The position numbers and the translations under genes are program-made. From the human T2T-CHM13v2.0 reference genome, Homo sapiens, in the NCBI RefSeq assembly GCF_009914755.1, contig NC_060929.1: a DNA stretch of 64,000 nt. The stretch is one strand, 5' to 3'. The notes under the pieces were generated by a model that ran no database searches, had not been told where the DNA came from, and was given only the letters and a program-made list of their open reading frames with translations. This document shows positions 1-14,027 of this stretch, one piece after another (within the stretch, counting starts at the first letter, position 1; the number at the start of each line of letters is the position of its first letter).

Positions 1-180
1 TATGTAAATGAACTATTGCTTTTTTCACCACAGGTCTGTTTTCAAATAGATAATGAGATTATATAAATAATTACCTTATATAAACATAAGGTTACTCATT
101 ATTGAAAGCAATTTTCTTTTTTTGTTTCTGGTTTATTATGGTTAAGAGTGAGCCTTTGTTTTAGATATTTGAAAACAAAA

Positions 181-222
181 TGTGTGTGTGCGTGTGCTTT
201 TGTGTGTGTGTGTGGATATGTG
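181..222. repeat. (TG)n microsatellite, interrupted
   Basis: tgtgtgtgtgcgtgtgcttttgtgtgtgtgtgtgg. Confidence 0.85.
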
Positions 223-1205
223 TATCTAGGGAGGTCCTCAAATTCAAAAATTATAATACAAGGTTGTAATGTCAGCACTTCCTATTGCATAGTTTTATAA
301 TGGGGATATATAGCTATGCATTAAAATGCATTATTGAAATGGAAAATCAGGATGTGTTAAAAATGAATTAGTAATTATATTAAGATCTGAATGGGAACTA
401 GCATACAATGTAACTTAAGCTTTTGAAAAATAAAAAAAAACAGAAAATAATTAATGATAAGTTAGTTTCAGTATTACATTGATAAATATTTCCAGAATAA
501 GCTATAAAAAATAAGGAGGTAGATTTATTATTTTAAGGTTCATACTAAAAGATTGTAATATTTACTTAACCTTTCTTTATTTAATTTAGAATAAGATTAC
601 TGTCATCTCTCTAAGCATCTATGTAATAGTGTTTTATTTACTTTTCCATTAAATATTACTGAGATAAATAAGGAGTCCTGGTGAATGAAATATAATTTAA
701 TAAGCAGAGTTTTCTTAGGTGAAAACTAATCATGTCCTGCTATAAATGTATATTGAGAGAGAAGCTGAATAGACAAGCTCCATGATTTAGTCAATGATAC
801 GACTTCAGGGAAAATGTTTTTATGCCTTGTTGGCCATATCTTTTAATACTTGCATTGAAAATAAAATTACATCCCAAGATTATGAGGGTTGTGAAATTTT
901 ATAATTAGATATTTAAGTCCTGAATTGATTAGCAGCAGTATAAACATAGACATGGATTTTGGGTTAAATCTGAGAACTATTTTTTTGTACTAAAATTTGC
1001 GTGCAGATGACAATGGGAAAATCAAATGTTTTCCTGGAAAATTTTCAAATGGGACAAATAGTCATCTTTCTGGAAATATGAAATAAAGGGAGTGGTAGTG
1101 GTTGGACTATAAACCTCTTTGAAGGCCTTTTAATCTTTAGCTGTAATTCATGTTTTATCACCATTGGATTTTCAAAACGGAAAATACCTTAGAAATAATT
1201 TAGTG

Positions 1206-1588
<383 letters not shown>

Positions 1589-2805
1589 TCAGTCAGAGCT
1601 GGTACTAGATGCTCAGTCTTCTGACTTCTAATTTAGTTTGCTTTCATTATCTACTTACTACCTGCTGCTGACTCAGAGCTCCTCAGCTATCTGCAAGTGG
1701 ATGTGTTTATTGAACATTTACGATGTACATGAACTGCTCTCAATGCGAAGCTCCCATGGTGAATGGGAGCTTACTTTCTGACTCAAAAATTAGTTTTCTC
1801 TCTTTGTGTTCTAAATGAAAGTGTCCTTTTGCTTTATCTGAAGCAGAAAGTTGTAAGTTTGTTTATTTTACTTTTGAAATTTTGGAGAATTGGCAGTGGG
1901 GTCATGCCATCAGAAACACATACATGCAATGCATGGATGCACGGTGTGAATGAGCTCTCTGGAAGATGGTAGATTATGGGAAAGAAGGAAGCTCAGAAAG
2001 AGAGTGGACCAAGTCAAGAGGAAAGAGAGAAGAAACAGGCAAGTGTGGAGCAGAGGAAAAGTAGGAGGGTCATGAATCCATTCTGCAGGTGTGTGCTGAG
2101 TGACTGGAAGAAGGAAAAGAACCAAGGAAGTCTCTGCCATGTTATCTTAGTTTTGTTAAGGGTATAAAGAGATTGAAGAGAGTTTAACTAGGCCATCTTT
2201 AACCCTAGGACATCCCTAGAGTCCCTGGCAGAACTAATAATCTAAATTATGAATGGCTGTGTGTGCACACACACAGGATGCACTTACTAATGTCTATCAT
2301 TATGAGTATCTTCTGACTTCTCCACTACAAAGAAAGGAAGGGAATGTGACCCTCTTTCCAGGTTAGAAGTAACTAGGGCATAGTAACACAAATGGATGAA
2401 TTAAACTGTTTAAATGGTGCACTGGAATATATTTATTTTGGGGCAAATCATGAAGAAATAAAAAAGGAAGAGATTCTCTTTTGAGAAAAAGTTTGTTTCC
2501 TATTGTCAATTGAGCAACTCTGTGAACATCTTAAAGATAAAGAATGATTATTCTGTAAAGTGCTGGGATTTCTGGTGCTGTGTGACAAAGTCCGGTTCCT
2601 TTTGTCTAAGTTAGTTATAATAATCTTTAATGAAAAGCAGAGGGGTCCCATGGTTTGGAACAAGTATCTGAGTCAAGAGTTGACAAGTAGAATAGCTGGG
2701 CGCAGAGGCTGCTGTCAAGTTGACAAAGCCAGAACAGTACATTTGGACAGAAAGAATTTGATTTTCTTATACTGAATGTGATGATCTTGAAGAACAGATT
2801 TTTTT

Positions 2806-3504
<699 letters not shown>

Positions 3505-6041
3505 TTTGTGTTTTTTATTTTTCCTCTAGGCAAGCTTTATTCTTTGATTCCTCTATCCAGGAAGGGGGCTGTTGGTTGCATCTTACCCAAATGGAATGCA
3601 ATGGGAATTGGGAGCTTGAGTTGTGTGGAGGAGGAGTTGTCAATCTTAACAAATGACTATAGCTGGCGTGTGGTGTCCATCAATCCTTGAGGGCTTGGCC
3701 ATGCACACTAGGGAATGGTCAGAACAGACTCAACAGAGGTCTCCAGAGCTTTACAATATCTACAATATCAAGGTTCAGGGGGTATAGACAGTAAGGAAAA
3801 AGGCCATTTCCTGTTTCTGTCCATTTTTGGTACAGTAGACAGTTAAGGTTTTTTCTTTTGACTAGCTTTTAAAAAATTACTTAGAAAATGGAAAGCTTAT
3901 AAACATTCATAAGTGAATTGTTGAATTGCTACCCCAAGTGGTTTCCTTACCTAGTCACCACTTAACCAGAAATACTAGAATACACGGTTCAACCAGAATT
4001 CAACCAGGCAGATAACCTGCCTATTGCTCAAGCAATCATCAGAGTTTTTAAAAACAAAATTAAGCAAAAAAGACCTTTCCCCAAATACAATCATTACTTT
4101 GTATGACCCATTCCTAAGAAAGCTACATTCCATTTCAGAAAACATGACCACTTAAGGTACAGTTAAAACAAAGTCGTTGCCTTCAGGTGCTTACTTTCTG
4201 TTTTCTTTAAATTAACTGCTGAAATGTTTATCTTGTGTTTTGTGCTGCATTCCTGAAAACTGTAACTTTTAAGGACATAGGCCTCATCTTTATAAAGGAA
4301 GAAGAAAACAGCAAAGAGGTGTCTCATTTGGGAGGCAGAAGGTTATGACCAATGCTGGAAGTCTTCCTCTTCCTTACTTGTTGTTCAACAAGATGGGTTC
4401 TGTGGTGTCGCATGAGGTGTGAGTTGGAAATGAAAGCTGCACCACACTTCTTATATTCATAGGGCTTCTCCCCAGTGTGGGTTCTCTGGTGCACCGTGAG
4501 GCTCAACCTCTGTCTGAAGGCCTTCCCACACTCATTACACATGTAAGGTTTTTCTCCATTATGGATTCTCTGATGAATAAGTAGGTATGAGCTACATGTG
4601 AAGGCCTTCCCACATTCATTACACACAAAAGGAAGATCTCCACTGTGAATTCTCTGGTGGACAAAAAGGCAAGAGAGCTGACTGAAGGCTTGCCCACATT
4701 CACTGCAGTCATAAGGTTTCTCTGCAGTGTGAATTATCTGGTACATAATAAGGTGTGAAAAACAACTAAAGGTTTTCCCAAACTCACACTCATATGGCTT
4801 CTCACCAGTATGGCTTCGCTGATGTACAATAAGATTTGCAATCTGCGTAAAGGCTTTGCCAGAATCGTTACAGGCAGAGGGCTTCTCCCCAGTGTGGATC
4901 CTCTGGTGGACAATATGGTTTGAGCTCCCAGTAAATGTTTTCCGACACTCATTACATTTACAGCATTTTTCTGTAATGTGGAGTTTCTGGTGCCGAGCAA
5001 GTTGTGAGCTATAACTAAAGGCTTTCTCACATTTACTACGCCTAAAGGTTTTTTCTAAGGAGAGGTTTTTTTGATATACAGTCAGATTTGAACTCTGATT
5101 GAAGGCTTTCCCACATTTTGAGCAAACATAAGGTTTCTGTCCAGTGTGGATTCTCTGATGCACATCGAGCTTTGCACTCTGAATGAAGGCCTTCCCACAC
5201 TCATGACATTCAAAAGGTTTCTCCCCGGTGTGGATTCTCTGATGCACAACGAGGTTTGCACTCTGACTAAATCCTTTCCCACACATGCTACAATGTAAAA
5301 GACTTTCGCCCAAGCTGGGTTTTCGGATTGTTAACAGTGTCAGAATTAAGGCTGTATTTTCCCACAGATTTCTTACATTTCTGGTCTTCCTCTTCTTTGA
5401 AGCTTTCAGGTAAGTGACAGTCATTCACTATGACTTATCTGAAATCTTTCCTTTCCCTCCTTATTCTCTGCCTCTTTAACATGTTTTCTTTTTCACAAGC
5501 CTCTCTTAACTCAGGTCCTTAAGGATCAGCTTTCTGGATTCTTCCTAATATGATGCGGGGGTTTTCAGCTTCCTCACGTATCTCAGTTTTTGGAACCAGT
5601 AACTGAAGGTTCTTGGTTTCAGCACCTTTTCTTCCTCTTCTGATCCATCAAGGCCTGTCTGACGAAACTCCCCTGGGGCCCAGACTTTGATGTTCTCAGA
5701 GTGCACTTGTTGGCTGGATGCCTGATCTGGGAAGTTTTCTTCTTCCTCCTCCTCCTTTTTCACCTTCACTGGGCGGCATGGGCCTAGGGCCATGGCTTCT
5801 CTCAATTCTGCAGTCATCTTCTCTGCTCAGCAGGGGAACGCCTATAGCTGGGAGCTGCCCAGCACAGGTCAAACCCCATCTAAGCTTTATGTTTCAAAAG
5901 CTTCTTCTTGAGTTTCCTCCCAGGGCCAAGATGAGTATTGCCTACGTGCGCAGCTGAGAGGCCCGACCAGAGTTCACTGGCTCTGCAGCAGGAGGCTGGG
6001 GGACCAGGACCTCAGCTCCTACTGGCACGAGAACAATGACC
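3505..6041 (-). pseudogene. ZNF35: ZNF35 (HF.10) processed pseudogene inserted inside the SERBP1 retrocopy
   Basis: N-terminus MTAELREAMAL...VKVKKEEEEEENFP..ASSQQVHSENIKVWAP (ATG 5817) and an 11-finger C2H2 array ending HRTHLVE match ZNF35 as I recall it. Intronless, with frameshifts. 5'UTR 5818-6041, AATAAA 3536-3541(-), decayed A-tail about 3503-3522, TSD cttattccttctt(t)ctt at 3489-3504 and 6042-6058. Symbol refers to the parent gene. Confidence 0.9.
4324..5424 (-). CDS. Residual 366-aa ORF in the ZNF35 retrocopy (11 C2H2 repeats, about 6 with intact ligands); probably non-functional
   Basis: Real ATG at 5422-5424(-); TGEKP linkers; no stop across the array; fingers 3, 4, 6, 7 and 11 have lost Cys/His ligands. 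Confidence 0.2.
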   Translation of the reverse strand: MTVTYLKASKKRKTRNVRNLWENTALILTLLTIRKPSLGESLLHCSMCGKGFSQSANLVVHQRIHTGEKPFECHECGKAFIQSAKLDVHQRIHTGQKPYVCSKCGKAFNQSSNLTVYQKNLSLEKTFRRSKCEKAFSYSSQLARHQKLHITEKCCKCNECRKTFTGSSNHIVHQRIHTGEKPSACNDSGKAFTQIANLIVHQRSHTGEKPYECEFGKTFSCFSHLIMYQIIHTAEKPYDCSECGQAFSQLSCLFVHQRIHSGDLPFVCNECGKAFTCSSYLLIHQRIHNGEKPYMCNECGKAFRQRLSLTVHQRTHTGEKPYEYKKCGAAFISNSHLMRHHRTHLVEQQVRKRKTSSIGHNLLPPK

Positions 6042-6447
6042 CTTATTCCTTCTTTCTTAAGCACCATGGACGGCTGCGTCTCCTCTTTCCTGTCAACCAC
6101 GCCAACGCTGGAGGGCAGCGGGTTCTTGCTGTCTTTCTGGGACTCCTTGCGCAGCTAGCTATTTGCCTGCCGCCTTGGAGTTGGTCTGGGTCGCAGCCTG
6201 AGCTGCCGCTCTTGGCCCCAGAGACGCCGCCCCCGCCAGCTTCTTTTTTCTTGTTCTCTCCTGCCTTCAGCACCTCGAAGGGGTCCGATTAGTTGTCAAA
6301 TAACTGGTCGAATCGGTTGGTGACCAGGCAGCTGAAGCCTTCCTGTAACTGCCCAGGCATGATGGTTGCTCGGCGGCACATTCCTCCACGGATTGCAGCG
6401 GGCTGCGCCGAGCCAAGAGCGCGTGCTTCAGCTCTTCCCAGAAGATC
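6042..6447 (-). pseudogene. SERBP1: SERBP1 processed pseudogene, 5' part (5'UTR and N-terminal CDS)
   Basis: ATG at 6358-6360(-) gives [23 protein letters not shown] (parent [24 protein letters not shown]), a premature TAA at 6289-6291, then SDPFEVLKAGENKKKEAGGGGV. Outer TSD gaagaaca(g)attttttt at 2789-2805 and 6448-6463. Confidence 0.93.
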
Positions 6448-7489
6448 GAAGAACAATTTTTTTGAAATCCGCCTGTAAATGTCAGGCAAGGTAAATTTCA
6501 AAATGAATTTTTAAAGTCTCTAAAATGGAGTTATGTTTAATTATGACTTTATGACAAATTAAAAGATAGTTCTAGATAATACTATTGTAGAAAGAAGCTT
6601 CTCTTGTTCTGGGAAAGAGAGACAGTTTGGAAACTTGAGACAAGACCCTTATTGTCTGTTTTATTATTTACTGCTAACAAACTGCATTCTCTCACTGTTC
6701 ACTGGAATAGGTGGGTCCAGGGAACTTAGGAAAGCCTAATGGGAAGTGAGAAAAGTAAATTATTTCTTATATTTTTATGTATACAAATAGTTGATAAAGG
6801 AGGAAGTGTAGTGGTGGGGTGGATCATGCAGATTGGGATACAAGAGACAGTATAATTATTCACAATTATAGATAAGGAGATCTAGGCTTCACATTTTCAC
6901 TTCTGGAATATTCCACTTTGACAGAACAGTCTACTGTCTGCCTCAGCCTATCCTGGAGATGTCCTTGTGGTGGGAGAGGACCTGCTTTCTCCTTGCTGTG
7001 CTCCTACAGTTTGTCTCTGCCAGTCATGTCCAAGCCCCTTGTCTTAGTGCCTCACAAGACCTCTTCCTCTGACCAGGATTCAGGCACCTTCTCAGAACCT
7101 TCATTCCCCTGACAGCAGGACCAGCCAGTCTCCCAGACCCGGGGTAGTGCGAAGAGGAGAGCAGACTCCTTAGACCCAGAGTCCCAGGACACTTGGCCTC
7201 AATTCCCGTGACACCTATATCACCCAGACAACTGGGAAATGGAGGTGCTGGTGCCAGAACAAAAGCATAAGCTGTGTTTCTCAAGTTTGGACTTTACCTG
7301 GGCTGTTGCTTTATTTTCTAGCTGTTTACTGATTTTTAGAAGCATAAAGGTTTCTTTCTGTGAAGTTCCTAGGGACACTTAACGGAGTGGGGACAGGTAT
7401 TCCTTTTGTCTTTCAGAAAGGCATGTTAAGAGTTAGTCTCACAGTAATTTAAGTCTCACCTCCTAAATGGGGTAAGAGTGGGGAGAAAT

Positions 7490-7822
7490 ATATGTGTGTA
7501 TATTTGTGTGTGTATATAAATAATATATATATACTACTAATATAATTAATAATGTGTGTATAAATAATATGTAAATAACATATTATATTATATGTCAATA
7601 ATAAAATATTATATTAATATATGTTATTACATTAATATACTATATATTATAATATATAAGATATAATTATATATTATATACTATTATATTATATCTATAA
7701 CATAATATATTATATATTTATATATCATTATATAATGTATTACATGTATTAATATATATTATCTATATAGTAAATATATGGGGTGTGTATTTGTGTATAC
7801 ACACACACACGCACATATATAT
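7490..7822. repeat. AT-rich low-complexity (TA)n-derived tract flanked by (TG)/(CA) runs
   Basis: About 280 bp of nearly pure A/T with tata/taata/ttata units. Confidence 0.9.
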
Positions 7823-9011
7823 CCTGCATTGTTTGCTTAGAATCATGCTTTGCAATTATTAACTGCTTTTTCTTCCTTCCCTTCATCTAATACACCTGAA
7901 GAATATTTCAGTTAGCCAAAGGTGAGAATCCGAATTCATATTTGTATTCCCAATAGATTTCCCGCAGAATCTTGGGTTATCATTTCATCAATAACAGTTA
8001 TGCAGATGTTCTATTGCTGTGTCCAATGCTTGCTTCGTTCATATGAAATTTGACTTTTGGCCATTCAAAAAGCAATCAGTGCCTTCTTGTTGATTAGCAC
8101 TAATCACCACAAGATCCTTCCAATAGTAAATTTTCCAGAGCAAAATTCTAAACTTACAGATTAGTTTGCCGCAGCCCCTAGCCCTACACTGTAAGGATCT
8201 TGCTTTCCATGAGGTCCATTGTTAAATGGAAATGTTCCCCTGGCTCTATGCAGTGCTCAGGTGTTTCTTACTCAGCTGAAGGACTAATGAATTTAGTTTG
8301 AATCTAAATTTGGAGTAAAAAATGCCACTCAGGAGAGCTGCTTCTGTGACTGCATTGCCTTCCAACCTGCTTTTCCATTTTTCCTTATTACTCCATGTCC
8401 TTGAGGAGTTTATTCCTTTATAGCTTTTGTGATCTGGCTGTAATTATTTTGAAAAAAATTTTCATTATACTGGACATTTTGGATTAAGTCCTCCAAATTT
8501 TCTTATTTGTGAGAGTACAAGTCACTATTTACACTATGGTAAACTGCATGCAAACATCTGAGTACCTTTCTGTTCCTGTCTTCAGCTGGGCCAGCACTAA
8601 GCTGGAATAGCCTATACTTTGATGTTTTTCTGAGGAAGTACATTTTCCTTTTCCCTCAGATTCCTGGTGCCTGGTATAGCACTTTTTTGATTTGCTCTTG
8701 TTCTGGCAATAGGTCAACTGGCTTTCATGGTCCTTAACGTTTCAGGTAAATAATTCCAACAGTTGTGACTGGAAGGAATTCAAATCAACTCAAGGCATCC
8801 ACTCTATGTTCAAAATGCCATGTTTTGAGTGATTTGTCCTTTGGTTAGTAACTTTAAAAAATATGAGGACTGGAAGGAGAAGCTACTATTTGAGGAACTA
8901 ATGGAAAATCAAGCAGTTTTTGATGTACTAACATATACACTTATGATGCAAGGAGTGTGATCGTTGACCTTCCTACTTATCTAAACATTATGCTCTCAGA
9001 GCATGTGGATA

Positions 9012-9220
9012 GGTAGCATAGCCTAGTGGTTAACACACATAGAAAAGTCAGACTGCCTAGTTCGAATCCCAGCTTCATCACTTGCTAGCTATATAATCTT
9101 TATTAAATTAGTTAACTTTCCTGTGCCTCAGTCTGGTTTTCCTGAGGATTAAATGATTTTATATTTGTTAAGTGCCTAGAACTGTAGCTGGTCTGCAACA
9201 AGTACTATACGTCTTTGTTT
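9012..9220 (+). mobile_element. MIR SINE
   Basis: gcatagcctagtggttaa...gttcgaatcccagct...ttaactttcctgtgcctcagt...gaggattaaatga core; boundaries approximate. Confidence 0.75.
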
Positions 9221-9235
9221 AAATAATAAATAAAA

Positions 9236-9345
9236 TGACAGTATTGTTCATATGGAGAAACAGGGGTCTTAGGCAGCTTAGGAGTTTTTCTAAAGTAACA
9301 GAATCATTTAATGGCAGGAACAACAATATTATCACTGCCCAGAAC
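9236..9345 (-). mobile_element. MIR fragment
   Basis: atggagaaacaggggtcttagg...aaagtaacagaatcatttaatggcagg resembles the reverse MIR core. Confidence 0.45.
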
Positions 9346-9559
9346 CCTAATGGAGAACTATAGCTCTTAAGGGTGATGTGGGGAGAAATACACTGATGAA
9401 AAACAATCAACATTATTAAAGACAGGATGGGAGAGAGTGGGAACTCGTCATTCATTTATCTAATGGCTTAGTCAGCAAGTAACTAATGCCTACTTTGGGC
9501 CTTGACACTATACCAACATTGTGCAGAAAGTGATTAAAATGCAAAAGAACATTCACTTA

Positions 9560-10388
9560 GGCTGGGATAAACAAGAGGTCTTTTGCAAAATCTGATGATG
9601 AGCTTGTTGATGTTGAGTTGACAAACTATGCAGCAGGTCAGTGGGGGGGTGATTATCATAAAATTCCATCCCTTAAACATCTACAGGAAGATGATTATTT
9701 TAAGATGCTTTACTTCTGGAGATGTATGCTTTACTTCTACTTAGAGAATCTGGCTTATGTTCTCATGTTCTGGTTTTATATGTAATTGGTCATGAGCTTA
9801 ATTTGAGCCAAGCATTTGACACAGTTGCCCCCAGAAGTTAACTCATTTGTGGATTGTATAAATGCTATTGCACAAAAAAGAAGTATATATATACAAATAG
9901 TCATAGTAGACCACATCTCAGTTAATGGCTTCAAGTCTAGATGAAATGTTTTAAGAGGGATATTGACAAATTAGAGAACATTAGAAGCATTTGCCAGAAT
10001 ACTGGCAGGGCAAGAAATTATGCCAAATAGTAGAAAGAGAATTAGATGCCTAAGTGGAACATGGTGTATAGCCCATAAGAATTTGAAGGATTGTCACTGG
10101 TAGAATAAGATGTTATTCTTGGCTGCTTCCAGCTGAGGAGTGGTGGATGGGTGACTAAGGCCTATAAGAGAGCAAATATAAGGAAGAGTTTCTAGATATT
10201 AAAATCAATTTCCAAAGAAACAGCCTGGCCTCTAAGGGAAAGAGCTTCTTGTGAGTAGATGTGTTTAGGTGGGGCCAGATGAACAAGCTCCTGAGCTCTA
10301 GGGATTAGACTCCTTCTGCTGGATAGGAGGTACAACCAGGTCATCCCAGAGGTTCCTTGTGTTCCAAGATTCTGTTACTCTATGATTT
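9560..10388 (+). mobile_element. L3/CR1 LINE 3' fragment
   Basis: ttttaagagggatattgacaaattagagaac and aggaagagtttcta motifs, terminal agaggttcct...ccaagattctgttactctatgatt typical of CR1/L3 ends; left boundary uncertain. Confidence 0.6.
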
Positions 10389-10527
10389 CATGACTTGGAT
10401 GTCACCTCCCTTAGGTTGGTTACTCTAAATAATGTTAAAAGTCAGTGTATGCCTTAAGATTGGGTGAATTGCTATGACAGAATGAGATTTACCAGAGAAG
10501 CAGTTGAGTCTAAGAATGAAACTACTG

Positions 10528-11028
10528 TTTCTAAGTGAAAGAGGTATGAATAACCTAAAGATAATATTTTTCTCTGTAGATAGAAAGAATTTGTATTATA
10601 AGTCTGTGTTGGGTGTATAGTAGGGCATCACCAGAATTCACCCTAACTGGGTGAATTCATGGCAGTGATCAGTAGAATATGTAGTTTAACAATGAGGCCT
10701 TATCATTTCTAAGTAGTTTCTTTTTGAGACGGAGTCTCACCCTGTCAACCAGAGCTTTGCCCTGGAACTCTTGGAGTGCAACGGCGCGATCTCGGGTCCC
10801 TGCAACCTCCGCCTCCCAGGTTCAAACAATTCTCTTGACTCAGCCTCCCGATTTCTAAGTGGAGAGTTATGAATGGCCCAAAGATAATATTTTTCTCTAT
10901 AGATAGAAATAATTTGTATGCTAGGTATGTGTTGGATATATAGCAGGACATTACCAGAATTCAGCCTAACTCGGTGAATTCATGGCAGTGAACACTGCAA
11001 TATGTGGTTTAATAATGAGGCCTTATTC
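10528..11028. repeat. Diverged tandem duplication of an ~177-bp unit (10528-10704 and 10852-11028) with an Alu fragment at the junction
   Basis: Colinear: tttctaagtg...aaagataatatttttctct.tagatagaaa.aatttgtat...ccagaattca.cctaact.ggtgaattcatggcagtga...aatgaggccttat in both copies. Confidence 0.9.
10715..10850 (-). mobile_element. 5'-truncated Alu right-arm fragment
   Basis: tttttgagacggagtctcac...tgcaacctccgcctcccaggttcaaacaattctc...cagcctcccg; flanked by atttctaagt at 10705-10714 and 10851-10860. Confidence 0.85.
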
Positions 11029-11090
11029 TTAAGGCAAAGCTCAGAAAAGCTGATAAGCAAATTAGAAAGGTCTATTGAAAAGTGTCTGTT

Positions 11091-11928
<838 letters not shown>

Positions 11929-12291
11929 TTAGGATGGCAGTGTGCTCTACCTGCTGTCTGGTGAGTAGTCAGGATTGGACTTCTATAAGACACCCTCTGA
12001 GAGGCTTGCAAATACCTTCAGAATCAGGCAGAGGTCTTTGGCCAGTTATTTCTGAATAAAGCATATCTGCGTGTCTGTCTGACCTAAGCCTGGGAACCAC
12101 GATGGAAGATACTGTTTGAACAACAACAACAACAAAAAAAGGCAGGGAACTTAAGAGAGAAATGGATTTTAGTCACTAAGAACACGAAGAGGAACATTTT
12201 GATAATATGTACTCTATACAAACAGAATGCTTATACAAGACAATCAAAGAGGAATGGGTAGTTTTCTAAAGAGTAAAACCTGTATTTTTAG

Positions 12292-12696
<405 letters not shown>

Positions 12697-12832
12697 TAAC
12701 TATCCCTCCTGTGAAAATTTAAGTCTTTCTGTGGGTTAAAGGGAACTGGTAAAGAGCACTGGATTTATGCTTGGGCTGGAATTTCCCTCTAGGTTTGGAT
12801 GTAATGAAGGCAGTAGAGATTTGGGTTTATAA

Positions 12833-13172
12833 CAGAGGCAGATTTGTGAAACTATAGGAGTTGAAGCCTGAGGGTCCCTCACTTGCAGAGACCCCTTCCA
12901 GGGTCCTGGAAGGAACCCTGCTAATGTGTTATTATGGTCATTTTTTTTTATAAAAATTGCAAAACATAATGTGTTTCAGCCATGACTGGTTAAGATCATT
13001 GTCTTCTTCCAATTCAACTTTCCCTCCTTTCTCCTTCCCTTTCTAGTTGGGTGGCATTAAAGTGGTCATGCGCATTTTGTATTTGTAATTATGTATTTTT
13101 TTTTTTTCTTAAAAAGGACCCCCCCACCAAATTGTATAAGTTTCAGGCCCTAAAAACATGGATCTTCCACTG
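12833..13172. mobile_element. Internally deleted hAT-Tip100 DNA transposon (MER115/Zaphod-like)
   Basis: Imperfect terminal inverted repeats cagaggcagattt / ggatcttccactg; subterminal gggtccctcacttgca and aaattgtataagtttcaggccc. Confidence 0.6.
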
Positions 13173-13383
13173 GGTGTAGGAATGGAATGAGTAACAATTT
13201 GGAAATTGCCTGTGTAGCAGAATCAGCGAAAAGTCAGAGTCAGCAGTCAAAATGTGATGGGGAGAGTGAGAGTAAATTGGAATCCATAATCCCAACAGCA
13301 TTTGACAGTGGGAAAATGGAGCTTTTTCCCCCCTCTTTAGGGTTCATTTTAAAGAATTCCATGCAAAGGATATCATGAATTGA

Positions 13384-13710
<327 letters not shown>

Positions 13711-14027
13711 TTTTTGTTGTGTTTTTTGTTTTTGTTTTTGTTTTTTTGAGATGGAGCCCTGCTCTGTCGCCCAGGCTGGAGTGCAGTGGCACAATCTCGG
13801 CTCACTGCAACCTCCGCTCCCAGGTTCAAGTGATTCCCCTGCCTCAGCCTCCCGAGTAGCTGGGATTACAGGCACGCGCCACCATGCCCGGCTAAATTTT
13901 TTGTTTTTTAGTAGAGACAGGGTTTCACCATTTTGGCCAGGATGATCTCCATCTCCTGACCTCGTGATGTGCCTGCCTTGGCCTTCCAAAGTGCTGGGAT
14001 TACAGGCGTGAGCCACTGCACCTGGCC
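13711..14027 (-). mobile_element. AluS (Sc-like), in tandem with the AluY
   Basis: Reverse dimer with (TTTTTG)n tail directly abutting the AluY 5' end. Confidence 0.9.

Noticed and set aside
6043-6501. Possible SERBP1-ZNF35 fusion protein
   Set aside because: The SERBP1 frame stops at 6289, the later ORF is frameshifted and ends in the TSD at 6043, and ZNF35 5'UTR intervenes.
10528-10704. Duplicated unit as a snoRNA/miRNA pair
   Set aside because: No convincing C/D or H/ACA boxes or long precursor stem, and the hairpin is degraded in the second copy.
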